Under the pieces are notes generated by a model. It saw nothing but the letters and a program-made list of their open reading frames with translations, was not told the origin of the DNA and ran no database searches. A DNA stretch of 63,954 nt, filler included, from Octopus bimaculoides (taxonomy: Eukaryota): the NCBI RefSeq assembly GCF_001194135.2. It is 7 parts of 6 records of this genome, joined end to end, with 100 filler letters (N's around TTAATTAATTAA, not from the genome) between each part and the next. Parts side by side here need not be neighbours in the genome. Positions count along the whole stretch, not along the records: positions 1 to 18,265 come from NC_068993.1; positions 18,366 to 30,807 come from NC_068987.1; 5 more parts are not named here. One strand, 5' to 3'. Within the stretch, counting starts at the first letter, position 1, and each line of letters starts with the position of its first letter. Below, piece by piece: positions 12,231 to 24,360 of this stretch. Made by a program: the position numbers and the translations under genes.

Positions 12231-13151
12231 CTTTGGTATTTGAAATTTACAGTATAACTTATATTTCAACACACATATACACACACACGTTTCCTCGGTT
12301 CCCGCGGTACATGTTTTGCACATGTATTATGTCTTCCATTCAGTATAGAGATATTACAAATCACANNNNNNNNNNNNNNNNNNNNNNNNNNNNNNNNNNN
12401 NNNNNNNNNNNNNNNNNNNNNNNNNNNNNNNNNNNNNNNNNNNNNNNNNNNNNNNNNNNNNNNNNNNNNNNNNNNNNNNNNNNNNNNNNNNNNNNNNNNN
12501 NNNNNNNNNNNNNNNNNNNNNNNNNNNNNNNNNNNNNNNNNNNNNNNNNNNNNNNNNNNNNNNNNNNNNNNNNNNNNNNNNNNNNNNNNNNNNNNNNNNN
12601 NNNNNNNNNATATATATATATATATATATATATAGTGAGAGAGAGGAGTGATAAATGGATAGATATGCTTACTACGTTATGGCACAAACAATTGAGTGAA
12701 CAAAGAAACTGAGAAGTGAAGCCTGTGCCTGATGTAAATATATTTACCTATATCTATACTCTATACAAACTGGTGTGATGTATGGATGTACCTTTCTTAC
12801 CTTCCTTTGTTTTTCATTTGTTTCAATTTTTCACCATCTATTTAGCATTCTGTTTTCACCAAACTCATTTATTTGTGACGCTGATTGGCCCATGTTCTAA
12901 TTTTTCACAACTTGTTCCGTTTCTCAAATTCTAAAATCACTTTTGCTTGAAATTTTTTGACTTCAAATATTGCGAGTACTATACTGTATCAATTACAGTA
13001 AGATTATTTTTACTTGTATATTTCATTTTATTTTACTAATTTTTAATGCTTATACTGTTTTTCGTCTACGTTCAACCGTATTATCCAACAGATTCCATTA
13101 ATTCTGAATTATTTGGTTAACTTGATGATTAACCAAATAATTATCTCTTAT

Positions 13152-13378
13152 AGTTTTAGTTAAACTATACACAAAACAATTTACGGTGACTCAGATTGTG
13201 TTAACGAAAGGTTTATTCAGTTAAATGCATAAGGCGACAGCCGCTAGTCAACTCCTGCTAGAATAGAAAGTCCGCTTAACCGGAAGTCGACTTCGCCGCA
13301 GACCAGCTCCCTAGCCAGCCCGCAGCGAAGTTCCTGTCTACAGTTTGTCTGTTATAAATCCTTGGGCATTTTCCTACA
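13152..13378 (-). repeat. 3' LTR
   Basis: Direct repeat of 15173-15363 plus an about 46-bp extra segment; starts TGT on the minus strand after the polypurine tract. Confidence 0.9.
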
Positions 13379-13481
13379 TATACCCCTGCCCCAGAACTGT
13401 TGGCTGTCATTGGAACCGGGAAGACGTTTTAACTGCCCTGCCCGTACGTGTGGCTACTCGGCTTTTGGTGACTGTTTCTTG

Positions 13482-15106
13482 TCAACGGTTGATGTAATTT
13501 CGTTGCGTGTCACGTCGAACGAATACGAAGTTAGCCGTGCGGAGGTCGTTTTGTACGGATGATCTGAGTGTACCGTGTGTTGACATGGGAATAGGGCGCA
13601 ACTGGCCCACACAGTCTCTCAGTTTCGCGAGATACCTTTTGACATCCGGGTCTGACGTCGTGTTCGGAAGGAACTTTCCTGGCACTGTAAGAGGAACACC
13701 ATACACCACAGCCCGAAAGGAGTGATCACAGCGGTTTTCGACACATCGACATCTTGTACTGGCATTTAGTGGTAACTTCGCATAAGGTCGACCTTCGGGG
13801 AAACCGAGCACTTGGCTAGCTGGGCTGAGAAGTCCTGTATGTGCGCAATGGGGTAGCGGTCGGGTGCGGTATCTGTGTTGAGATGGCGGTAATCTCTGCA
13901 AGGGCTAAAACCTCTGTTGGGTTTCAGTGCTACATTCAGGGGTGATGACCAGGGACTGCTTGATCGGCGAACTATGCCCAACGCCTCCATATTGTCAAAT
14001 TCGGCCTTTGCAGTAGCAAGTTTGTCTGGTGATAGACGATGTGTGCGGCTGTGCACTGGGAGACCGGTGGTGGGAATGTGGTGTGTCACTCCGTGGCGAG
14101 CTGTAGGTTTGGAGAATGTCGGAGTAGTGAGATTGGGGCGTTCGCAAGGAGATTCGAGAATTCATTCTCGGTCTGAGAGACAGTTGCTGAGCGGGAGGTG
14201 GGGCGGAATGTGCAGATGTTGCCAGAGATGCTGTTGATGAGTCGTCTCCCCTGCAAATCAGCCAGTAGTGAGTGTGCTTGAAGAAAGTCCGCCCTCATAA
14301 TGGGCTGATGGACATCGGCGATGGTGAATGCCCACGTGTATTTTTGTGAGCCGATGTTGAGTGAAAGGATGCGGCGACCGTACGCCTCGATTGTGGAGCG
14401 CTGGGATCTGCTGACTTCTGCTCTTGTGTCGATTAGGAACCTACGCCCGGAGCTCCGATCGTGGACATAGAGGAGCAATTAATCGTGGCCAGTTCTAGGC
14501 CGATGGTCAAGGGGCTCTGAAGCTACATGGTTGTTTGCACTTCGTAGCCTTTTTCCCGAACTTTATGTGGTAGAAACACAAGTTGTCTTATTTAACTCTA
14601 CCATGTCTCAGGGACAATCCTATGGCATTGACCATAACACCACTATATAAAAAATGTTTGTATGGCTGCTTTCGCTAACTGCCGCAGGTCCTTGATCCCG
14701 GTCTGAGTTATGAGGGCCTGGACCTGGTGTGGTAACTTGAGGAAGAATATTTCCCTAAACAAAAAGGAAGATGACTCACCAATGGGAACTAATGCCAACA
14801 TATTGTCCATTAACTCCTCCTCCGGTATCTTGGCTGCCGCTTCCCGTTCGCTCCGCTGGAATGTGTTCACCAGCCTGTCTTTTAACGTGGTGTATTTGTG
14901 CGTTACTGGGGGCTGGGTTAAAGTGTCCAGCACCCTCGCTGCCGTATCTTCATAGCAGTGCTGGTACTCCGTACGAATATTTCGTCAGGTCCGAAGTTAA
15001 TTTGTGTTCGTTGAATTGCGCTTCCACCCGCATGAACCATACATAGTTCAGTCTTCTTTGGCCAGAATTGTGGTAACTTCAGTCCTGTCTGTGATCGATT
15101 TGCCAT
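13482..15106 (-). pseudogene. Gypsy gag-pol remnants (gag, protease, RT N-terminus, integrase C-terminus)
   Basis: Track ORFs 14918-15106, 14643-14933, 14086-14478, 13766-14089 and 13482-13901 carry consecutive motifs in different frames. Confidence 0.88.
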
Positions 15107-15172
15107 GTTTCTTTTATTTTCTGTATACTTCGATGTGCAAAGCGAAAGCTGTTGTTCTTCTGTGGGGTCACC

Positions 15173-15363
15173 AGTTCAGTTAAGCTATACACAACAAAAT
15201 TAACAGAAGCCCAAATTGTGTTAACGAAAGATTTATTCAGTTAAATACATGAGGGCAACAGCCGCTAGTCAACTCCTGCTAGAATAGAAAGCCCGCTTAA
15301 CCGGAAGTCGACTTCGCCATTGTCTGTCATAAATCCTTGGGCAGTGTCTTACTCTCTGCAACA
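15173..15363 (-). repeat. 5' LTR
   Basis: Starts TGT on the minus strand and is followed by the PBS. Confidence 0.9.
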
Positions 15364-15490
15364 TTTATAAAGATTTATAAACTATTGCATTGTTCCAAAA
15401 GTATACTTCTGACTGATGATACTCAGAGTGACATTCTGTGAAGTTTTTGATCTGCAATAAAACTGCAGAAAACACATACATACACACACT

Positions 15491-15491
<1 letters not shown>

Positions 15492-15551
<60 letters not shown>
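15492..15551. repeat. (GATA)n microsatellite
   Basis: Pure tetranucleotide run. Confidence 0.97.
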
Positions 15552-15553
<2 letters not shown>

Positions 15554-16754
15554 GGATGGATGGACTGGTATTGCTCTGTGGAAAAGCTTTCTTCTCAAAT
15601 ACGATGTTCCAGGTTAGATCCTACTGCACCGCATTTTGGATGAGCGCTTTTACTGTAGTATTTATTGAACATGCCTGTGTCCTTTTGTGACCCGTAACCT
15701 AGCAACATGAAATCTATAAAATACCAAACGAAAATAAGTAATGAGGTGAATATGATTGAATATGATAAAGTTTACCCGATATGCCCACAGTTCATTGACT
15801 AAAGACAGTAAAAGAATTTATGTAGGTCGTTTCATGAGAAGCATGCCTAATTATTTTCCTATACATTCCGTCATATATTTATTTCTCCCAGATTTAACGA
15901 GGTCAGTAGGACAAAAATCCAGACTCACACAATTACGCTCATAGTTATACTGTGTGAAATCTACACACATATGCACTCCCTTACTTTTTCTGTCTCAAAC
16001 ACACCCATAAGAGTAAATCATTCATTCAAATGCACATCAATGACAGTTGTATAACACGCGCGCACGCTCATATACACTTATATATATATACATACACACA
16101 CACACATACTGCCGCTGTTTAATTTACGCCACCTTCTCCCTTTCTACCTCATACACACAGATACACAGACACACGCAAACACACACGCGTACACATACAC
16201 ACACACACACACACCAACGCACACACAAGTTAAAATAGTTTTTTCATTCATTTCATTTTTTCACACTACGTATAGGTATCAGAACGTGTACAAATTCACA
16301 TACACTAACACTATACACCTACGTGCCTTCAATATATAAACTAACCTCACGGTTTTAGGCACATGATCACCCACACGCGCGCGTACGTTTACAGATATGC
16401 GAATATGCACACATGTGTAGATTGTACGAGACAATAAGATTGTTTGTAGCTAAATCTATCAATAATTATAGCCGAGGAGGCATAAAACCCTAATAATTTT
16501 CGATTGCTAGTATATGGGTAGATTTGTGAAATAAGTTCAGTCCCCATTTATGGAGATATATCAGGTATTTGAGGATAGAAAACACCTCAGCACCTTGATT
16601 ATGTACACATGTTTATTATAGAATGCATACAAATCTCTCTTACACTTTCTTCCTCTCTGCATTCTCTTATTCTCTCTCTCCCCATCTCTCACTATATATA
16701 TGTACACACACACACACATACACACACGTATACACACACACACACACACACACA

Positions 16755-16886
16755 CGACTGACTTTCAGTTTCCCTGTATCAAATCCACTTAAAAGGTTTT
16801 GATCGGCACGAGGCTATAGTAGAGTACACTTGCCCAAGGTGCCACGAAGTGGAACCGAGCTGAAAACCATGTAGTTGGGAAGCAAG
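16755..16886 (-). mobile_element. SINE family A, 5' portion
   Basis: CTTTCAGTTTCC..AAATCCAC..GCCCAAGGTGCCACG..GTGGAACCGAGC matches the reverse complement of the family A head. Confidence 0.75.
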
Positions 16887-17313
16887 TTTTTTTAATTTTT
16901 TNNNNNNNNNNNNNNNNNNNNNNNNNNNNNNNNNNNNNNNNNNNNNNNNNNNNNNNNNNNNNNNNNNNNNNNNNNNNNNNNNNNNNNNNNNNNNNNNNNN
17001 NATGCAGGCATGGCGTGGATTCGATCCTCGATCGCCAAATTTCACTTAACATTTCAACAGCATTTTTCACACGGTAAAACAATAGTTTTTTTGTGAGTGA
17101 CAGCAGTTACATTTGCCATATGCCTTCGCTAAGCAGAATAATGTCTTTGCCACTTGACCCTTCTAACCTCTTCCAGGCCACCAAAAGTTAGAATAGAGAT
17201 AACAGACCTCCAACGAAATCTATTGTTCTCAACAATATGTCTATCCTTCTGGCTGGTTTTGGATAGTTATAAAAACAAGAACTCCGTAAGTCAAAGTCAG
17301 TTGGTGAGAATCG

Positions 17314-18115
17314 GTGGTAGATTCTCATGGAGTAGGGGAAACGGCACAGAGCATAGGAGAGCGGGCAAATGAACGTAGGAGGGAACTTAAGGAAGAGAAG
17401 AGCTCATCAGTTCTGTACCAGCACGCCAAGCAGGAACACGGGGGCTCACTCAACAACATAGAAGTTAAAATCTTGTCTACACATAGAACAGACGCAACGC
17501 TTAGACAAATTACAGAAGCTAGACACATAATAGAAGATAAACCTAACCTGAATAGGAAACTGGAATGGAACATTAGCACACAACCCTAACACACCACAAC
17601 ATATGACAGAATAAGATGCCCATAAACTGATAACAATATGAACAAAATATAATACAATACACAGATAAACAAATGGAATTAAATAACTATATACGTTAAC
17701 AAAATTAAATTAGATTAAATACAAAAAAGAAAGAATAAAAAATATAATAAGTAGGTATAAACACATGAACAAATAAAACGAACGTGTATAAACAGGGGAT
17801 ACAGATAATACAGGCACTCCCCATACAGAGACACGCACATACTAAACATAAACACACATAGTGAGATACGCATGCGCAAATAAAGACACATACGATAGGA
17901 ATACAAAATGGCTGATCGTTAGTAAGGAAAGACGCACAAATAAGAAAGAAGAAAGCAAAGGACCACTGATGAGGTCACAGAAGTGTGACGAAAGAACTCT
18001 GGCCGAAATACAATTAATGTAAAATAAAGCTGAAGCAAATTAACACCAAATATATAGTGCGCGTGTTTTTATTGGCTAAACTGGCAACATGACCATCCCC
18101 AAATACAACAATATA
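17314..18115 (+). mobile_element. 5'-truncated Penelope-like element: GIY-YIG C-terminus, 3' UTR/pLTR with HHR, ending at (TA)n
   Basis: GVGETAQSIGERANE..LYQHAKQEH..LRQITEARHI..PNLNRKLEW (17314-17589); HHR at 17960-18004. Confidence 0.8.
17960..18004 (+). ncRNA. Type I hammerhead ribozyme motif
   Basis: GGACCA-CUGAUGA-G-GUCACA-GAAG-UGUGAC-GAAA-GAAC-UC/UGGCC; perfect 6-bp helix II, core intact. Confidence 0.72.
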
Positions 18116-18265
18116 TATATATATCCAAAGTTTTAAATTTTTACATTTAAGAAAGAGATTTGACGCCGATATCCATATCAATGTTTTTAATCCGATGCTA
18201 ACATTTCTGTATAAAAAATTATCTTAGACCGGTTAACGCTGGAAATACGGTATGGATTTTAAATT

Positions 18266-18365
18266 NNNNNNNNNNNNNNNNNNNNNNNNNNNNNNNNNNN
18301 NNNNNNNNNTTAATTAATTAANNNNNNNNNNNNNNNNNNNNNNNNNNNNNNNNNNNNNNNNNNNN
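18266..18365. other. Assembly gap placeholder N44-TTAATTAATTAA-N44 (also at 30808, 37411, 49039, 59454, 61860)
   Basis: Identical 100-bp layout six times; the 12-mer is a palindrome with stops in all six frames. Confidence 0.95.
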
Positions 18366-18394
18366 TATATATATACATACATATATACACAAGC

Positions 18395-18670
18395 ATACTT
18401 AGCGTAGTGATGATAACATTGTCGCAGAAATCATAAGCTAGCTTGTGTAGCTCCGAGCAGCAGATCAAAGGCTCGTGGAGCCTAGAGTATAGCACTTTAC
18501 TCCCAGCCGTCCATTTCACAGTTGGGATCCCTTCAATTCCTGCTGTCTTTCTACATTTCATTTGCTGTTGGCTTACGTTGTCTCTGCGAGGGAAAGGGCT
18601 TCGTCTAGATCTGACTTCAAGGTTTGTTGCGGGATACCAATCACGACTGAGTCTTCGACAGAATGTTTGT
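18395..18670 (-). mobile_element. RTE LINE fragment (RT N-terminal region)
   Basis: MKCRKTAGIEGIPTVKWTAGSKVLYSRLHEPLICC..DFCDNVII resembles the RTE K.GKA.G.DGIP motif. Confidence 0.65.
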
Positions 18671-19185
18671 ATGTGTGCACCTTTGTGTGCTTATAAGTAA
18701 TGGACTTACAGAGTCTACATGCAGGAAATTTATTTGTACGTTATTTGTTATTTCAAGGCTATTGCACCAAACACCTGCGGAAGATGATATACAGTGATGT
18801 CGAATGCAGATTGACGTTGTTGTGCAGCCAACCTTTTAGCAGTCCAGCAAATATTACTTTTAATGTCGGGTAGGTTTATGTAAAAAAATATCAGCTTCAA
18901 CAAATTAAGGATCTTTTAAATGGATCAAGACAACAAGATATCCAATATCTTCTTCCTCAGACTGTTAAAAATAGCAGTGATGTCGTCCTAACAGTCTATT
19001 TTGTCGTCTTTACTTGAGTCACATTAGATAATGTAATTCTAGATTATCTAATATATAACGTGGTCCCGAATGCAACACCTTAAGTTATGAATCTGCTCAA
19101 ATGGTAGACTTGGGTTCGACAATCAACCAACAAATCAAAAGTCGTACCGCAAAATTTTATTTCTAATTTCAACGTCTCAATACAA

Positions 19186-19345
19186 TATTGATTTCAAATC
19201 TGGGCTCAAGAACAGCAAGGAGCGGCTAAATCGATTACATCGACCCAAGTGCTTAACTAGTCCTTATTTCATCGACCCCGAAAGGATGAAGTTCAAAGCC
19301 GACCTCGGCAACATTTGAACTGAGGACGTAAAGACGGATGAAATT
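19186..19345 (-). mobile_element. SINE family B
   Basis: TCGACCCCGAAAGGATGAAG..GACCTCGGC..TTTGAACT core. Confidence 0.8.
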
Positions 19346-21571
19346 CCTCTTCCGTTTTATCTGATGTGCTAATAGTAACAGAATGCAAAATAGATGGGTG
19401 CAAAATACACTCATGTGTTTAGCTATGTCTATTTTTAATCTCTGGTCAAATGCTATTGATGTCAAGCCAGCAATTTGTCATTTTGAGACATTATATTAAC
19501 AGTGGAATACTTGGCTTTACTCCATCGACCATATCCACGCCCAGTTTATGAAATATTTTGCTTTATGTGGTTTATTCCACGGTCGATGGAATAACCCCAC
19601 CCCACCAAATAAATTATTACCATAAATCAATATTTATGGGACGAGAACCCGATGAGAGGCGGAAGTAGTGAAACACCAGAAATAATACTTAGTATAATTT
19701 ATTTGCTCCCGGTTCCGTTAATACTTTACCAAGATCGACAAGATTTTAAAACTATTCCCAAGATCGTTCAAGGTTTAGTTTAAGTACCTCAGTTGTGTTA
19801 ATTAATTTGAACACCTCTACAATAAATGTTAACAGTGTCATTGTAATCATTCAATATCTACAAGAGGAAATAATGATTGATGATAGAATGAGAAGTAAAC
19901 CTTGCGGAATTTTGTCACATCAATTTCCGATCTAATTGCAATTCCTGCTAACATCGACTTTGCCTTATAATATCCCACCGGGGTCGATACAATAAACATA
20001 ATTCAACTACTGGAATCAATAATATATCACAACTGAATTCTTCCTTAAATATTTCTCCCCAACCTTGTCGATGTAATTAAATCAATATTGATTTCAAATA
20101 TCATACATGTAGTGGCCTCACAATTAACAATCCTTTGGGTTTCAATTTCGATATACAGCAGCAAGGTAACATGACCACATGCCTTCTTTCATAGACTCAG
20201 GTTGATCAAAGCCATGTATGTGGAATTTGTAGAAAGAAAGGCTTGGTGGATTCGGTGTAAGTGACACTTTCAGTTCTAGATTCATAGACTTATTCTGTCG
20301 TCTGTTTTAACACTCAGCTTATCCCGAATCTAACTTTATCAGATCATACTATTTACAGAACTCGGATCAACTTTACACTCTGTTGATACATTACCGTCTT
20401 CTCCCTACCTATGTCCAACATCCTCTAAAAGGTTATGGGCTTTCATCTTGTTGTGACCAAAGCGAAGTAAATATATTGCTGAGGATTGATGCATTGTTTC
20501 TTTTCTTTTGCAGTATAGACAAATTGGATGTCAGACGATCCGAAAAGAGAAGCCATTAATAGAGGCCCAACATTAAACAAAGACCAGTTAAATGTCCCTC
20601 AGACCCCACGTGTACTTCCTGAAGAAGAGAAGAATACATTGGATAATGCATACCCAGGTATCCTAAAGAGACAAGACACTTCGACAGAACGACTTTCACT
20701 ATCTAACTGCTTAATCACAATTGACACGGGTTAAACAATGACAACAATAACATTTACGATCACAATTGAAACAAGAAGACTTGACACAGTCGAGCGTCAT
20801 ATTAAAAACAGCAACCAGTTCTCTCTTAAACTGTGGCTTATTGTCTTTAGACGTGGTTGTCAGTGCTATGCTTTCACATCAAACCATCTCGATCTGAGCT
20901 AAATTAGGACTAAACAGCCATAAGGATAAACTATAAGGAATGAACTAAGACCGATTCAACAACCACCACCAATATTTGGATAAAAATTCCTGGCCTTTTC
21001 CACAAGCCATCAATTGATATTTCTGTAAAAGGAACAAAATATCACGATTTGCAATTCCTCTTAAATGAAACGTTTTATGTTGACGGCAGCGAGCCAATAA
21101 TTTTTTTCAACCAAAATTTACATTTGATATATTTTTATTGATTTCAAATATAAATGCAAGGTTACACATTTCTAGGAAGTGTTGATCCGATGAAGTCGAC
21201 TTCAGTAACTGACTCGTACTTTATGTTATTAACCCAGTAAGAATGAAAAGTAAAACTGAATTTGTCAGACTTTTGAACTCAGTACATAAGAGTCGGAGAA
21301 GTACTGCAAGGCATTTGGTCCGATGGCTCTACGAATCTACATATCAACCAGCCTTATATGTGTAGTACTGTCCATTATTACGATTGTATTTTCTTTTCTT
21401 GTTAGTAAGAAAGTTTGTCTGACCAATGGTCCATATTTGTTATTCGTCACAACCAATTTTGTTATAACGGATTATGTTTGGCGTTGTTTCGGAAGAACTA
21501 CGGCTGGGATAAAAAAATTGGAAAAAAAAAAAAAAGAAGCATATTAACGATATTGAAAATTTTAGACATTT

Positions 21572-21980
21572 GGCATGGCTGTGCGGTTAAGAAGCTCGCT
21601 TTGCAACAAAGTGATTTCAGGTTCAGTCCCACTGCGCAGCACTTTCTAGAAGTGCCTTGTACTGGCCGACCAATGCGTTGTAAGTGATTTTGATAAACAG
21701 AAACTGGATGTAAGCTAATTGTGTGCATGTGTGTGTATGTGTGTGAGAGAAAGAGAGAGAGATAGAGACTCCTTGTGTCTGTGTATGTCCACCATGGAAA
21801 CTTGTACTAGTTTCTTTTGCACAACGTCATTTAGTGGTTCTGCAAAAAGAGACTAAACCGACCCATAGAATAAGTGACATGCTCCAAACGAAAACAAGTC
21901 CTGAGGTTGATTCATTCGACTAAAACCCTTCAAGATATCCGTCCAACATGACCGAAGTTCAATGTGTAAAACAAGTAAAA
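21572..21980 (+). mobile_element. SINE family A, diverged
   Basis: GGCTGTGCGGTTAAGAAGCTCGCTT..GGTTCAGTCCCACTGCG head; AACAAGTAAAA tail. Confidence 0.75.
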
Positions 21981-23470
21981 TATATAATATAAAACAGAGT
22001 CTCCAACCATATATTGTGTGGTCTTCAGTTCAAATCCTCTCAACATTCACTTTGCCTTTCGTCTTTCGTAAAAGCCTTTGAAATAGATATAATCGGGTAC
22101 AACCCTCTTCCTGAAGACATTACAATAGTGTTACAAATTGCTATTTATTACAATTACTGAATTATTGTTTGCTACTGTTATTAAGGATGTTCCCATTATG
22201 CACACATATACCTCGAAGCAAATATACTTTAACTTTGTGTTTCGTATTTTTCTTTTGTAGCATTTGTCCTTGTGGCGAATGAAAGGAATCATTATTAAAT
22301 ATTGAAAACATTCATTTTGTATTGTTTTGCTCTGTTTTCCGTTTCTCCTGCCACCTCGTTTTCTCTATCTCTCTCTTTTAGTCTCTCTTTTTCTTTTTCT
22401 CTCTTATTCCATTTTCATAGACGTAGGCGCTGTTGTTGATGTCAAAATTTTCATTGTTGTTTTAATCGTTATTGTAATTGTTATCGTCGTAAATGAAGTC
22501 AATGGTATAAATATTGCTAATGTTGTTGCGTTCTCAATAACAGCTCACTGCACATACCCCACTCATACCGGAAGTGCTTGATTCAGTAATATTTGGCGGT
22601 GTAAGAGACAAAGAAAAACAAAACAAAATCGGTAACATTGGGGAAATGAATGTGACGGCAGTTGTGATAATATTGCATTAAGTATGGGTGGCTGTGATAA
22701 ATAAAGAAATAGAAGCAGAAGTATTGTTCGTTGATGTGGTGATGGTGATGGTTGTGGTGTTGGCGGCGGCAGTGGTAATAGCAATATGGTAATCCGAAAG
22801 GGGTGAAATAAGGTCACACATTCTTAAATTCAAAACCCAGAATTATTTCTAATGAAGATATGACTGTATATAGCACTTCTAGTAAATTAAAATTAGGAGT
22901 ACAATAGAAAACAAAAAAAAGCGCTGAATATTTGACACAGACAAACAATATAACAGGAAATTGACATAAAGCAAAATGGCGGCAAATTGACACAAACTTG
23001 AACGACACTAATGTGAAACGGCGACATATTTAATTACGGCATATGTAGAGCATAACATATGTACGCAAATGTAACTGCTAGAGTGTTAGTTTAATGCTTA
23101 TGGAGCTTCCGTGCATTTGACTACTCAACCGTTTGCCCCTGTATTTATGAAGGCTTAGAATTGTGTGCATACATTTGTACTTTGATATTTCTATTTATGT
23201 GTATGAGCATGACTGCTTGCATGTGCGTGCATGTATGTGTAATTACGTTGTATAAAGTCATATATGCGCTTACATGCGAAGGCGTATTTGCGGTTTTGGT
23301 GTAATGGGTCTCTTCTTGAGTAAAGAATGTATGAATGTAAGTCTGTGGATAAATGGTATTTGATTACTGAGGTGTATACTTTTAATACCCAAATTGTGTG
23401 GGTGCGTGCGCATGTGTGTAGTGGGGGTGTATATAAACACACGCGTACATATATACACATATATGTCTAG

Positions 23471-23518
<48 letters not shown>

Positions 23519-23789
23519 CTTATATTACTTAGATTACTTAGATAAGTTTCGGCCGAAGTTGGCTCAGGCGACGTCTAATGTAATAGCACCACCTGGGAGA
23601 GATACACAGTCAGCTCTTGGGTACCATACCCCATTCGAGCAGAGAGATATTTTGAGAGTCATATCCGGGTGTGGGTGGGTTGTCTGCTATTTGTTGGATG
23701 TAATCATTTAGAATTTGAATGCCGTTTGAATGCTGTGAAGTCACTTTCCTTCCTTATGTATACTAGCGCGATATATATATATATATCAT

Positions 23790-23962
23790 TGTTCGAAAAT
23801 AGTTCGTTTTTGTGCTTTCGTCTCTCATTGTGGTTAACGTGTTTCTGATGTCCTGTACCCATATATGCACGTATGTATACATATATACATATATATACAT
23901 ATATACATATATAGATGTAGGTATGTACATATATGTATGGATATATGCATATATTTATATAG

Positions 23963-23993
<31 letters not shown>

Positions 23994-24103
23994 TNNNNNN
24001 NNNNNNNNNNNNNNNNNNNNNNNNNNNNNNNNNNNNNNNNNNNNNNNNNNNNNNNNNNNNNNNNNNNNNNNNNNNNNNNNNNNNNNNNNNNNNNNNNNNN
24101 NNN

Positions 24104-24136
<33 letters not shown>

Positions 24137-24360
24137 TAATATAAATAATATATAAATATATGCATATATCCATACATATATGTACATACCTACATCTATA
24201 TGTATACATACATGCATATATGGGTACAGGACATCAGAAACACGTTAACCACAATGAGAGACGAAAGCATAAAAACGAACTTTTTTCGAACAACGAAAAA
24301 AAACAAACAGAGAAACGAGACATGCAACATAAATAGCATACACCATCGTCAGTTGTCATA
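23790..24360. repeat. About 200-bp inverted repeat pair flanking an N gap (interspersed repeat; related copy near 59585)
   Basis: TGTTCGAAAATAGTTCG..GTCCTGTACCC..GTAGGTATGTACATATATG on the left; reverse complement with a few substitutions on the right. Confidence 0.8.

Larger units (their letters stand above)
13152..15363 (-). mobile_element. Ty3/Gypsy LTR retrotransposon (CsRn1/Kabuki-like) with internal deletion
   Basis: LTRs at 15173-15363 and 13152-13378; PBS TGGTGACCCC; purine tract GGGGCAGGGG; gag KLPQFWP and CFYHIKFGKKATKCKQPC; protease FLIDTRAEVS; RT SSSPWSSPL..DYRHLN..DRYPIAHIQDF; integrase tail VYGVPLTVPG..VFVRRD; flanks CTTAT/TTTAT. Confidence 0.92.

Noticed and set aside
18310-18321. 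TTAATTAATTAA repeated six times between N runs
   Set aside because: Always N44-12mer-N44 (100 bp) and a six-frame stop palindrome: an assembler gap placeholder, not a repeat array or CRISPR.
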